Translations under genes and position numbers: made by a program | Shown here: piece by piece, positions 48,690 to 60,639 of the stretch | How positions within the stretch are numbered: the stretch's first letter is position 1 | Layout of the letters: every line of letters begins with the position of its first letter | The notes under the pieces: model-generated | Database searches by the model: none | The model's input: the letters and a program-made list of their open reading frames with translations, nothing else | What the model was told of the DNA's origin: nothing | DNA from: Lama guanicoe | Taxonomy: Eukaryota | Assembly (NCBI GenBank): GCA_013239625.1 | Contig: MU053881.1 | Coordinates: forward strand, 13,878,373-13,942,372 | Direction: 5' to 3' | Length of the DNA: 64,000 nt

Positions 48690-49052
48690 ATGGAAGCAGG
48701 AGATGTGTGCCCTAGATTCCTCTTCATGGAAAGGCTTGTTTCCTCAGATGCCAGATTGCCAGGCCTTGCTTCAGTGGCCGGAAGACCCCCAAAGGTGTGC
48801 GTTTTGAGGGAGTTTCATGTACACTGACTGCTCAAGGCAGGGGCCGGTGGATGGAAAGACCCCATCGTGTTGGTGCTTCGGCAAACAACTCTGTGGGGTT
48901 GGCTAAGCCTTCGTTGGGTCTGCAGTTCAGATGGACTTCTGTACCTGCCCAGTCTTTCTCCCACCGTCCTTACGTGCACACTGATCTCTGACAAAATCCT
49001 GCAAACCAGACTTCATCTCCATGTCTGCTTCTGGAGAACCTAACATGTGGCG
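48690..49052 (+). mobile_element. LTR16A-like ERVL LTR
   Basis: 3' end ..ctgatctctgacaaaatcctgcaaaccagacttcatctccatgtctgcttctggagaacctaac. Confidence 0.7.
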
Positions 49053-49178
49053 TGGTATTACAGGGACCTCCCTCCGTGACTTCTCTTAAGGAAGACCTGG
49101 GACCATGCTAAACACTGTGGGGTTTATAAAAGAAGTACACATGTTTTTGTCCTGAAGGAACTCCATAGGGAGTTACAG

Positions 49179-49226
49179 CACACACCCACACACACACACA
49201 CCCCCACACACACCCACACACCCCCC
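49179..49226. repeat. imperfect (CA)n repeat
   Basis: cacacacccacacacacacacacccccacacacacccacacaccccc. Confidence 0.85.
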
Positions 49227-49914
49227 TAAAATACCTACATAATAATGCCACATTATTTATGTGATGATATATGAGTTTACATGACAAAATCAGAGGGAGA
49301 GAGAATATATACAGCAAATTAACTGTAAGACCAGGTTAATGCGGGGAGTTTTTAAAGAAAAGATGGGCTTGTGTGGTCTCTGAGGTTGAGGGGAATTGGG
49401 ATAAGCACTCTAAAGTGTAATTTTAAAATATTGTCCCCTTTGGGGAGGAAATAGTGAGATGGGCCTTCTCAATTCGTTGTAAACAGACAGATTAAATTCA
49501 GCTCCAAATCCCAAGAGTCCTTGCTGTTCTTCCGGAAATTGCAAACCCAGAGCCTGGAAACCACTGGGGCCGCAGCAGGACGGAGGAGCCATGCTCGTTT
49601 TAATACAGCTGACCTGGCGGCTTGAAGGATCATCATGATGTATTGGGTGTAGGACACATTGGGCCGCCTTGAGGAGATTCTGGAAGGTTGTAGATAAGAA
49701 GGTTTGGCAAAGACAAAGCCTGTGCTCAGTCACGGTGCCCCAGACTTGCCTCCCAGACAGCTTCCTACTTAAAGTGTCAGATGGCTGGGCCTGTGTTTGC
49801 TCAAACCCTGGGTCCCCTCCATACACGCATGGCAGGGAGGTCCCTGCGCGTTTGTAAGATGGGCGAACAAATGGACTGAGCACAGGCCGAAAGGAACGCT
49901 CTTCCCTGCTGCCT

Positions 49915-50400
49915 TGCTCATTCGTTCATTCACTCATTCACCGTCATTTACTGAAAGCCTGTTATGTGCCAGGAACTACACTGAGCACTGCCCTCACAGA
50001 TTAATAAGATCCAGTGGGAGAAAGAGACAATAAACCATGTGGTCAATACATAGGGCAAAATAAGGGACAGGCTCTCAAAACAGGCTAGTGGGAAGAGTTT
50101 TTCAAAAGAGAAGACAAATAAATGGAAACCAGAAAACCAGAAAAAGCTGACCAGGTGGAAAGGTGGCAGGTGGGATGGGGGATGTAATTTTAGGCTGGGA
50201 GAACAGCATGTGGAGGAAGTTCTGGGACAGAAGGTAGCATGGCTTATTTGCAGGACTGCAAAGAGGCCAGGTGTCTGGAGCGGATCAAAGGAGGAAGCAG
50301 GTAACTCAGGTGAGGGTGAAAAAAGAGGCAGGGGCAGAGCACTCAGAAACATATTTGGGAGTGTTGATTTTGACCCAAGAGCAAAAGCAAGCTATTTAAA
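49915..50400 (-). mobile_element. L2 3' end
   Basis: tcattcgttcattcactcattcac..catttactgaaagcctgttatgtgccagg...gaacagcatgtg...gaggccaggtgtctggagc. Confidence 0.75.
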
Positions 50401-52009
50401 CTTTAATAATGATCCAGTTAAATTGAAAAGCACATTCTTTCTGCAGGATGGAGAAAAGATGTTCCCAGATGAGTTGACCAAGCTGGTCGAGGACCAGTAA
50501 TGATGGAGGTTTGCTTGGCGGCTTTGTCTTTGTTCCCTTTGTGTATTCTTTCTCTCTCTTTGTGGTGGCCTCCAGCCCCAAAACTAAACTGCAGCACTAG
50601 TCACCGAGTGTGCACGCTGCTGAAACCGGTGATGCTCTCAACCGTGGTCTGGGGGGGATGCCTGTCAGAGGTAATGGAGAACATCGAGATTCTGGGTGTT
50701 GGTCCAGGTGTGTGGCAGGTTGAATTTTGACTGATCATTCCATCTTCCTGACCCTCGATTTTGTTCATCTTTAAAGAAAATTAAGCAACAACCTCCCTAC
50801 TTTCCTTATACAAGAGAAGTCAAGAGACATGACCTAAGAGATGACTTAGAGGCAGAGTATTTTTTGAAAAAAACAGAACCATTTTCTTTGTAAAGTATTG
50901 GCATTAACTAACCAGGAAGACAGGTTGGCTGCCTTGGTGAGAAGTCAGAAACACAGAATTTGAAAGAAAAGGCATGATTTTGCTGTTTTCAAGCACATAC
51001 GGTTTTAACAAGTAGAGAAAAATTTATTGTCGGTCGTAGAGTTTCTCTTAAGAAGCAAACCGCGTATCTTGGAAGAATTCCATGAGAGGTGCTCATCGGG
51101 TCATTGAGTGGCTGGGAGAAGGCAGGTCAGCTTACATGGAGCCTTCAGGGAAGGGCAGAGCTACATGCTTGGGGCAGGAAGGGGAATTTGTTCCTAAAAG
51201 GGAGAGAGAAAAGGAGACGGGGGAGAGGAGGGGAGAGAAGAAGAGAGAAGGGAAAGGAGGGCAAGGGAGGGCGGAGGTGGCAGAAGACTTTGTAGCACAC
51301 AGTGTAGGCGCTCCCCCTTGACCCTTCAACTTTGTGGTAAGCTGATCTGACTCACAAACTGGGAGTAGCTGTATTTCCCTGGAAACTGGAGAATGGCTGC
51401 AGACTGAGAGACAGAAGTCACTGGAAGAGAACAAGCTCCTGGAAACCCCTAGAAATCTTGGGGACACTTGAGCCTTCCCAGTGCCATGGAACCAGCCATT
51501 CAGACAAAAGTTCGTTCTCTAGAAGACAAGGAGGTAGCAGCTATCACCTTGGCCCTAGGATACAGCAAGCAAAGCTTATTACAGAATACATTTAGATGGA
51601 CCAGCATCTTGGACACAAGCACATTTTGGAAAGTTTCCAACTTACTTTAGAGTAGTTTTCTTATGCAGACCACACTTAATGTCATCTTATTAACGTCATT
51701 GTTTTATGCTTTGGCAAACTCTTTCCTCCAGCACGGAAGGTTGCCTTTAGCCCAGTTCCTTCTCGAAATCCTGTAATTCTATTACATACGAAGCTCGAAG
51801 TGCTTGTGTTCATTCTTGAAGAGTCCTCCGAATAGAAGGCAGTATAACCTTATGTAGGGAGTGAACTCGCTGACTTGAATGAATGGAAGAAAGGGATTCA
51901 TGCTTCCCCCCCTGGGGGGGCGGCAAGATGGCATTCAGAGAGGAAGACATTTCTCTGTGGAATTTTCAGATTTGACTATCAGCATGGCATTTTAATATAA
52001 AAATATTTA

Positions 52010-52250
52010 AGGACAATGGCTCTAGAAACTAACTTTATAGGTTCAAATCCTATTTCTACCACTTGCTGTTGTGTGACCTTTTACCAGTCTCTTAACCTCT
52101 CGGAGCTTCAGCTTGAACATCCATAAAAACAGGCATACCTACCTCGCAGTTACTGTAAGGGGTCAGTGTATGCGAGGCCTTCGCACAGTGCCTGGCGCTG
52201 CACAGACACTCGGTAAATGTTATCTTCTGTATTTCTATAATTATTATTAT
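52010..52250 (+). mobile_element. MIR SINE
   Basis: ggttcaaatcc...ccacttgctgttgtgtgacctt...cttaacctctcggagcttcag...acctacctcgcag...gcacagtgcctggc. Confidence 0.85.
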
Positions 52251-52639
52251 CTTTAATAGTTGGGCTGTTTGTCACTGCTACCCAGAGCTGTAATTTGATT
52301 CTTTTTTAAAAATTTAATAACACAATTTCTCACTAAACTAGTCAAGGTCAAACTTTAAAGGTGAGCTTATGTTCAAAGTTATGTATTTGACATTTTTCAT
52401 TCTGATCCTTATTTTTATTGGCTCTTCCTTGTCAAAACAGTGTCATCAACGCTTCCCTGTCCTGTTGTCACTTCTTCTAAGGCAAAAGGAAAAATCCTAC
52501 TCAACTAAATTTGCTAATGGCTGATAATGACCATGAATAGAATGACTTAGATGTAATTTTCATTCTTAATTCAAGTGTATGGGTTCAAGCTGACAAATGA
52601 CGTGAATGTGGGTACCATCCCTGGACAGACATTAAGCAA

Positions 52640-52750
52640 ATTCACCTCTTATTGGTGGTTCTGCTTGTATTTAGTTATATGACCTTGAGAAGGTCACTTA
52701 AGCTCTCTGAGTCTTGCTTTGTTTGCTCCCTACTAAAATACCATTAAGCA
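52640..52750 (+). mobile_element. MIR fragment
   Basis: tagttatatgaccttgagaaggtcacttaagctctctgagtct. Confidence 0.6.
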
Positions 52751-53979
52751 ACACTGTCTAGATCTGTTTTTGTTTCAAAATGTGTGTAATTCATATTGCA
52801 TTTTGAAAAATTGTAGGGAATGTTCTAGATTTGGATCTGTAGTTAGAACGCATGGGAAAAAGGAGCGGAGGTCAAAGCCGGGAGATGCAAGGTTCTGAGT
52901 CCGGTGCTTCCCGTACATTTTTATTGTGACTAAATTCTGTTTCTTCATTATTTATAAAATAAATGGTTAAACTAGATCTGTATCTCCAAAGCATTCCAGG
53001 GGTTTGCCAAACATTGGGTAATGCAGATAGGTTCCCTTACTCCAGGAATCCCCAGGGAATTAAAATGCTAATGGACACTGTGACAATTTGAAGGGGGTTA
53101 CTCTTTGCAACCTTCCTGAAACCTCTTTGGAAAAAAAGCCATTTCTTTTTCCCACAGTGACTCTTACTTCATGGAACACCCTTGGAAAATCATAGGGCCA
53201 GGCAACTAGTGAAGTCTTTTCAGACTTTGATGGCGCTAGGTTCTGTGAACGTGGGGTAAGGAGAGCAGTGAAGGGGAGAGAGAAGCAGATTTCCCACGAT
53301 GGAGTCAGTGCAGCATTATTCAGTGTCCACAGTGGAGCAGCCATACTCTCAAAGAGTTAAAACTGTCGTCCCCTGAGTCCAAATTGACAAGCCCAGAGGA
53401 GCCTGGGCTCTGAAGGCACTCTCCCTTATGTGTTATTAAGCCTTAGAGATAGAAAGATGGGGGGAAATTCTATGACATTGTAAAGTATTATAAGCCTCTC
53501 TTCAGTGGCATCTTTTATAGTTCAGGTAAAAGCAATCTGGAAAATGGAAAGTTTGAAGAGGTTTCTTTTGCAGAACTGGACAAGAGAGGTGAGTGCAGAG
53601 CACTTGTCTAATGCTGATAATTATCTGTGAAGACCTCTCTGGCTCTCCCAGATGAATTTCTCTAGGTTTCAAAGATGCTCATTCCATAACAACTTGAAAG
53701 GGTAGAAAAGAGGTTGTTGACCGCTAAAATTGTTTGGCTTGAATTAAAGGATTCTGAAACTCAATATAAGAAAAAAGACTTCTGCCAGCTCTTCTTCAAC
53801 AATCAAAATTAGAACCTCCTAAAATCACAATAATGTTTCATAGTAAGTATTTTGTTAAAAAAATTTTTAAAAAAAACCAGTAGTCAAATTTTGTCTTCAT
53901 TATAAATTCTCTGAAAGGATATTTTAAAACATGTTATTTAAACGCATTAATGAATGAAATCAAATTATAAGTAGAGTGA

Positions 53980-54110
53980 AGAGACCTTAGAAGATTGTCT
54001 AATTTGCTCTCCCTTCTCGTTTCAAAGAAGAAATCGCCCAGAGAGGGAAAGTGACTTACACAAGGTCACATAAATAAATAAGTTAGAGTTGGAATCTAGG
54101 CTAAAAACTC
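53980..54110 (-). mobile_element. MIR fragment
   Basis: gcccagagagggaaagtgacttacacaaggtcaca. Confidence 0.7.
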
Positions 54111-54333
54111 TTGTGTCAAATCTTCATTGTCTCTTTAGGCCTTGCTAGATTTGCCAGGCATGGATCTGGATATTTTATCTTAAAAAATATGGCAGGTTTT
54201 TTGTTTTAAAATCCTCACTAGACCATGGAAATGTGGGCATTTAAATCTTCAAGGAGCTTACTACTATTCCTTTAAGAATAATAGTGTGAGCGAGTACTTC
54301 TAATGACCACCATAGCAATACTGCTTTAATAAA

Positions 54334-54347
54334 ATGCCACCTAGTGG
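54334..54347 (-). promoter_or_regulatory. CTCF core motif
   Basis: minus strand CCACTAGGTGGCAT; the first 13 nt match CCASYAGRKGGCR. Confidence 0.5.
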
Positions 54348-55146
54348 AGCTTGGGAGACAAAACACGCCCCTTCCATGCTTTCTTCTCCAAGAGAATCAC
54401 CTTTCTGAGGCTCACATTTTAATCAATATCATTATCTCCCTGACTGCTACATGATTAAAAATAACACTGAAAATTGTCCTACTGCCAGGACCCAGCAGGG
54501 AAGATGAAACCGCACAAAAAGTGAGTCGGTTCACAAGAAAGAAGGTATGTGGGGTCAGATGGAAAAACTAAGAAGCCTTAAATCTTCACCCCTATTTTAC
54601 TGTAACAAAAAACAAAAGAAGAGTCAGAAGGAATTTTGTTAGGTTACCGCGTTTCCATGGCATGGAGCTTCCAAGTCTGCAGGGAAGGTGGAGATGGGAA
54701 AGGGGCAAACTTCTATTATGAGCAGTCGGACAGAAAAGGCTTCCTGGAATCGGAAAAACCTCAGGACTAGAAAGCACCTAAAACGTTGTCTGGTCTAGCT
54801 CCCTGACTGATAAGGTTCTCATCCATCCTCCCAGATTGTAAGGTGGACCCAGCCATCACAGAAGAATGAATGAGTCAACCTGGAAAGCTCCACATGCAAA
54901 ACTAAGGAGAGGAGTTGGATACCAGGCAGGCCAGTTTCCACTCAGTAGGAGGGAGGGTTGTCAAAATCTAACATAGCCAACATGGATTGAAAAGACTGTC
55001 CCTAGAAGGCTGGATAAGCATAAGGCTGGACTATTCCACTGGTTGTTGAGTTAAAAGAGGCTCAATATTAACCCTACGGAGACCTAATGTTTTAAAAGAA
55101 TTGAAGTGAACTGTTCTGAATGTTGGACAACTTAAAATTCTGTCTT

Positions 55147-55545
55147 TGTCTCAGGTTGATTCTCCTGGGAAACAGACTCTGAGAAGGAGATCTGCCTGCA
55201 GGATGTTGATTGAGAAGTGCCCTGAGGATCAACACCTGCTGGGGAATAAAGGCAGCAGGGCTGGGTGGAGGGAGGTGTGATGTGCAAGCAGGAGAGGGCT
55301 CCTCGGATCCCCTGGGGAGGTCTGCCGTTGGGTGTCCTTTCAGAGTGGTCCTGCCTTGGAGGAAGGGCTTTTATTTACCTGCTAACCAATTCTGCTTTGG
55401 GGCTGCCCCAGGGAAAGAGGTGGGACCTGGGATTAGCAGCTCTGTTTCGGAGAATAATTACCAGTCAGCAGTCAACACGGTGGGGGGGTGGGATGGAGGC
55501 AGCTGAGGGGGTGGCTGTGGACCGCACAGGACAGCATCCACTGCA
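55147..55545 (-). mobile_element. LTR16A-like ERVL LTR
   Basis: tgtctcaggttgattctcctgggaaacagactctgaga.ggagat..gcctgcagga.gttgattgag...gatcaacacctg...cagcatccactgca (TG...CA). Confidence 0.8.
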
Positions 55546-55744
55546 GCCCGCTCTCCCCATCTCTCTACAACCTAGCCAGGGGGTTATTCTCCTCACCCTC
55601 CAAGGGTAAACAACCATTCACTTGGAGGTTTTCGCAGAAGAGTGTTCCTCAAGTCTTTCTGTTTTCTAGCTACAGGCTTCAGAATATACCTCATAACAGT
55701 TTGCATTAGAAATCTAATTTGTCCTTTTCCAGTATTTGTCATGG

Positions 55745-55920
55745 AAATTTGGCCTCACTTTTGAGTTTTGACCTCTTTCTTAATCTGCCTCATTTCTTAA
55801 TCTGTAAAATGGGTATAATAGTATCACCTCTCATGAGTTATTATTGGGAATAAATGAAATAATAACTGCATTAGCATAATATCTAATTCACAATAAACAC
55901 TGAATGTGCTGCCTTTATTA
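55745..55920 (+). mobile_element. MIR SINE
   Basis: tgcctcatttcttaatctgtaaaatgggtataatagta.cacctctcatgagttatt. Confidence 0.75.
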
Positions 55921-56005
55921 CTAAAAGAGAGAGATTCATGTATAGCAAATAGACTTTCCCTCTCTCTCTCTCTCTGTCCATCACCTCCAACATTCTTGCC
56001 TAGAC

Positions 56006-56329
56006 CAGTGGCTCTCAAAGGTCCTCAAGACCCATTTCGGAGGTCCATGAGATCACAATTATTTTTACAATAATACTGACATTAATTAACCTTTTCACTT
56101 TAATTCTTTCTTAAATGTAAAATGGAGTTTTCCAGAGGCTGCATGACATGTATTGAGCTTATTACTGCTTTTAAAAAACAAACTCACAAAATTTAAACTA
56201 CTTTTTAAATTTTCTAATGTGGTAACTATTGGTAGATATATAATACACATGAACAAAATCATTTTAGGGTCCTCAATAATCTTTGCAAGTGTGGAGGAGT
56301 CCTGGGACTAAAATATTTGAGAACCACCG
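56006..56329. mobile_element. internally deleted Charlie1-like hAT element with both ends
   Basis: cagtggctctcaaa...tttgagaaccaccg TIRs; 8-bp TSD gcctagac / acctggac; internal ggagttttccagaggctgcatgac and gggtcctcaataat. Confidence 0.8.
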
Positions 56330-56710
56330 ACCTGGACAGTCTCTTTCTCCTCCTTCTAAATCTGTCTGCCCACCCCCAGTCCTACCACAGAGCCTGCCTG
56401 GTGACCTCCCTGACTTCTGCTTCAAGGCTACTCTCCCTGTTTTTAATTAAGATCTACTCAGGAAACAATCTTGGAGATGGGGATGTGGGATGGGGTCAGA
56501 GAATAACTACACAGTGTCCTTTGCCCTTAAGGGCAGTCAAATGGGAGGTTCTAGTTAGAACTTGCACAGATGCTGAGTGGCACCAAACAGATCGCACATT
56601 GACTGATAGCCTTCCACTCAGTCGCTGACTGTATTTTAGGAGGATAGGCATGTGCAGAACAAGGTGGATTCCATCATTAAATAAATTACCATGTGAGGCT
56701 TTCTCTAATG

Positions 56711-56724
56711 GTTACCATGGAGAC
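56711..56724. promoter_or_regulatory. RFX X-box-like motif
   Basis: GTTACCATGGAGAC, a near-palindromic X-box; motif match only. Confidence 0.35.
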
Positions 56725-57029
56725 AATGCACTCAAGTCAATTTGACAGTGGAACAGAAAATTGCAGCAATGCGGATTCAAACTGTCAGAACTTAGGAAAG
56801 GAATAACTGACAACATAGGCGCCCATTTAGTTTTTTATCTCCCCCTCACCCCCCATCCCGATCAGCCCTTGATTACAGCGAGCTCTCAGGATGAGGAGGG
56901 GGTATGAATAGGAGGAACCAGGGACACTGTGTTCCCAGAGGGAGAATTTCATGTGGAAGAGAAAACAAAAATGGGTAAGAAAGATGCTCAGAAGGCTCCG
57001 CAACTCCGTGCCCTGCAGCAACCCTGGTG

Positions 57030-57190
57030 CCTCTCTCAGTTGTCCTCTGCCAGCCCTGCGAGGGACAGATGGCCACCCACATGCCACAGATAAGAAACCT
57101 GAGGATGAAAGAGGCTGAAATGACTTGCCTGAGGCCACATCACAATTCAGTGACAGGACTGTTTACTCTCCCACGTCTTTCCACCACCAA
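57030..57190 (-). mobile_element. MIR fragment
   Basis: acagataagaaacctgagg...tgacttgcctgaggccaca. Confidence 0.6.
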
Positions 57191-57439
57191 GCATACTGCT
57201 TTGCTTTTTGCGTGCCAGATAGATCCAGTTTTTAAATATTATAATCTTCCTTTATTGCCTCAATAGGCACCGAGTGAGAATCGGTGGGATCTTCGAAGTT
57301 ATAAAGCTGCCCCTGCCTGGGCCCTGCTCTCAAAGGAGCCACAGAACAGTCTGAAAGCAGAGCAGCTTTCGGGGGTGATGAAGTTGTTGCAGAGTCCTGC
57401 AGAAACCCAGAGGGCGACAAAGGGAAGAACACCTCTGCA

Positions 57440-57660
57440 GTGCTGTTTGCTGCTTTTCACGTGCAACCTCTTGTTTCATCCCACAGCTCTCTGGAGAAGG
57501 CATCATTATTGTCCCTATTTTGTAGACAAGTAAACAGAGGCCCAAAGGAATGAAACGGTTTGTCCAAAGTATACAACTAGCAAGTTCTAGTGCTTGGATT
57601 TGAATCCAAGTCTTTGTGATTCACAAAGTCCAAGGCTGCTCTCTGTCCCACTGCCTAGGG
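57440..57660 (-). mobile_element. MIR SINE
   Basis: attattgtccctattttgtagacaagtaaacagaggccc...ggatttgaatccaagtct. Confidence 0.8.
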
Positions 57661-57799
57661 GGGGAGCACTCCTAACTGTCAGAAATTGGGAAAGACCTTG
57701 CAGGAGAGCACACACAACAGCCTGAGATGCCTTTGTCCTTCCGTCTAGACAGCGTGGCTCAGGACCAGGATGTGGGTATCGTGGATCAGATAAGAGACT

Positions 57800-57950
57800 C
57801 CCAAAACTAATGTTAATGGTTTGCTTGCAGAGGGGCACTCTGGGTGGGGGATTTTGGGCGTGAGAGTTTTATCATTTACATGATAGCATTTTTGTGTTTT
57901 TATTAGTGTACCATATACAAGTGTTACTTCTTCAATTAAAAAAAAAACTA
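57800..57950 (+). mobile_element. old L1ME 3' terminus
   Basis: atgttaatggtt..ctctgggtggggg attttggg...ttacttcttcaatt followed by poly-A. Confidence 0.5.
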
Positions 57951-58100
57951 GTTACAGAGGGAGGAAATTATATATGGAGGAAGGAAAGGAGGAAGGGGCT
58001 TGTGAAGTGGAATTAAAGGATGTAGACGATTTATTTTGAAGAACAGAAAAAGGGGAAGGCATTCTAGGAGGCAAAAGTTTGAGCAAAGTCAGTGAGATAG

Positions 58101-58499
58101 TGTGATGGGCTGAAGTGTGTCCCCAAATTCAGATGTTGAAGATCTAACCCCCAGCACCTCAGAATGTGATTGTATTTGGCGACAGTGCCTATAAAGAGAT
58201 GATTAAGCTCAAATGAGGCCCTTAGGGTGGGGTCCTAATCTCATATGAGTGGTGTCCTTATTAATAAGAGGGAGAGAGAGATGCCAGGGGTTCCTGTGCA
58301 CAGAGAAAAGGCCACGTGAGGACACAGTCAGTGGGAAGGTGGCCATCCGCAAGCCGAGGAGAAGGGTCTCAGGGGAAACCAAACCTGCCAGCACCTTAAT
58401 CGTGGACTTCTAGCTTCTAGGACTGTTAGAAATAAGTTTCTGTCATTTAAAGGCACCCAGTTTGTGGTATTTTGCCATCGCAGCCTGAGCAGATGAACA
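58101..58499 (+). mobile_element. MLT1A-like MaLR solo LTR, full length
   Basis: TG...CA ends; tgtgatgggctgaagtgtgtccccaaattcagatgttgaag...aaggccacgtgaggacacag...; 5-bp TSD gatag/gagag. Confidence 0.92.
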
Positions 58500-58994
58500 G
58501 AGAGCACAAAGTACAAAGTCTTTGTGGGAAAGAGTCTGAAGTGGCCACACTAAGGAAAGACCAGGAAGGATTATTGGAAGATGAAATAGGAAAGACAGGG
58601 AGGGCAGAGCACGGAGAGCCTTGTGTGTCGTGAGAGAGGGGCACATTTTCACACCAGCTATGAAGAGTAAGGAAGAAAGGGAAAAAAAGAGATTTCTTAT
58701 CTATATAGTTCGTCACATCTCAGAAATACTTGCAGCAGAAGAGAATCTGCTGAGAATTCCTAACAAGGCTTCCTTTCCCTGGCCCCTTGTAATGTCAGTT
58801 TGTCAAAGCAAATTTTTGATTTTCCATTCTCGAGTCGGTGCCTTTCCTGCCCAGTTCTTTCTGTTTCTTTCTTGATGCCATCCTCTGCCTTATTTTTATA
58901 TCCCAGTTTGATTCTAAACCTTAACTTTCTGACGATTATGTAACAGCAAAAACATACTGACTTGCAACTTTGCTAACCAGGCTATTAGTGTGAG

Positions 58995-59110
58995 GAGAGA
59001 TTTCAGAGCATCTTGTCCAGTCCTCTTTGTTCACAAATAAGCATAGTGAGGCCCCGAGAGGGAAGGGACCCTCACTAGGTCACCCAGGCCACCTTGCAGT
59101 CCAGTCTCTT
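58995..59110 (-). mobile_element. MIR fragment
   Basis: gtgaggccccgagagggaagggacc...aggtcaccca. Confidence 0.55.
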
Positions 59111-59704
59111 CTCACCTGACCACTGTGCTTGGTCCATCACCTGTTTGCCTGCTCAGCGCATCCCAGGGGCCACTTTTGCTGAGGTCAGAACAGCTCTCAA
59201 AGGAGATCGTCTTTTCTGAACGTGCAGAGGGTGTCGTTCCCCTTTGTGCAGGCGGCAGGAGACTGCACACAGAGGGTGGCAGCTGGCCTGAGGTCACACT
59301 CCCAACCCTGGCCAGAACTGGGACCATGTTCCTCATCTCTCCACAGTCCCCTGACACCTCCATTTCCTTCACCCTGGAAATAATCCAGCATAGAATTCTA
59401 GATGAGAAAACAGAAACCATCAATGTCCCATTATGGTACCTATTTCCAAGCCCAACCAGCCAGCTTTCATCCAAGAGGCCATCTGTGATAAAATATAAAA
59501 ATCCCTTCTGTTCTGCCTTCAAGAAGCTCCTTCTAGAGTCATAGTCCAGTGAGAGTTGGAGCAGACTTTAGAAGAAAACCTATATATACTTAAGTCTCTA
59601 GCAAATTGTCTTCGAGGTTCTGCTTAAATTTCAAACGATAAGCTACTGACTTCTTTATCAAGCGGGCTTTTTTCTACTTTCAGTTAATTGTTTTAAAGTG
59701 GTAA

Positions 59705-59940
59705 TTTTTTACTGAAGTACAATCAGTTACAACATCAGTTTCTGGTGTACAGCATAATGTTCTAGTCATACATATGCATACATGTATTTGTTTTCATATT
59801 CTTTTTTCATTAAAGATTATTGTAAGATATTGAATATAGATCCCTGTGCTACAGAGAAGAAATTTGGTTTTTTTTAACTCTATTTTGATATTAGTGGCTA
59901 CCATTTGCAAAGCTTAAACTTCCAGATTTATCCCTTCCCC
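59705..59940 (-). mobile_element. young L1 3'UTR end with TSD
   Basis: tttttactgaagtacaatcagttacaa..tttctggtgtacagcataatg; TSD aaagtggta(a)ttttt at 59695 and 59941, ending at a TTTT/AA endonuclease site. Confidence 0.9.
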
Positions 59941-60639
59941 AAAGTGGTATTTTTAATGTAACCATTATAATCCAGGGACCCAGGTGGTTCAGTCTCAGAG
60001 GGACTTAATGTTCAAAACATATAGTCAGTATCCAAAATAAATGAGAAAGGAATTCCACCCTCCACCAAAGCACTAAAAGGGACCCTAATAAAGGGTCTGA
60101 AGCAGTGCGTAATAAAATTCCCTTTCCTCTCAATCCTTTTCTCTCGCTGTGCAGCTGCTGTTCTATCACATCCTCCCGCAGTAACGTCCCCCCCTGCCCC
60201 CCCCACAGCATTCCTTCGCCTCCTCCTCCATTGCCCTCTCCCCACAAGACCTGCGTCATGCAGACTGACTTCTCGTGTCTCTCGGCAAGAGCCATTCCGT
60301 TTACAAGAGTGAGGACTCGATCTGGTAATTTGGGGATTCTCTTCAGTAGTTTGTGCGAATCTATCTCAGTGTCTCCTGATTCCCATCTACTGGTCCCGTT
60401 GACGTGGCTTGACCTCAGAGCCGCTCCTCCACACGGCAGTGCTTTGACTATTTGACGAAAGGTTTCTAAGCCTGTACCCGCTCCCTTTTCTGTCCTCTAA
60501 ACCAACCATGCCCACTACGGAGTGACTTCTTCTCTGGGCCTTCATCTGAGACATAAGATGGGAAAGTACTGTGTAGGAGGGGTGGGGTAAAAGAACAGTC
60601 ATTGGCTTCATTGTTAGCAAGTATGAAACACTCCAGTAT

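Noticed and set aside
50447..50496. Exon-like segment after ttctttctgcag (DGEKMFPDELTKLVED)
   Set aside because: The donor (CCA|gtaatg) is weak, the peptide is unrecognised and it abuts an L2 remnant.
51195..51275. Purine-rich tract giving K/R/E/G-rich ORFs (also 42208-42411)
   Set aside because: Low-complexity DNA, not coding.
57832..57858. Canonical G-quadruplex pattern
   Set aside because: It lies in an old L1 3'UTR, where G-rich tracts are expected, and nothing points to an independent function.
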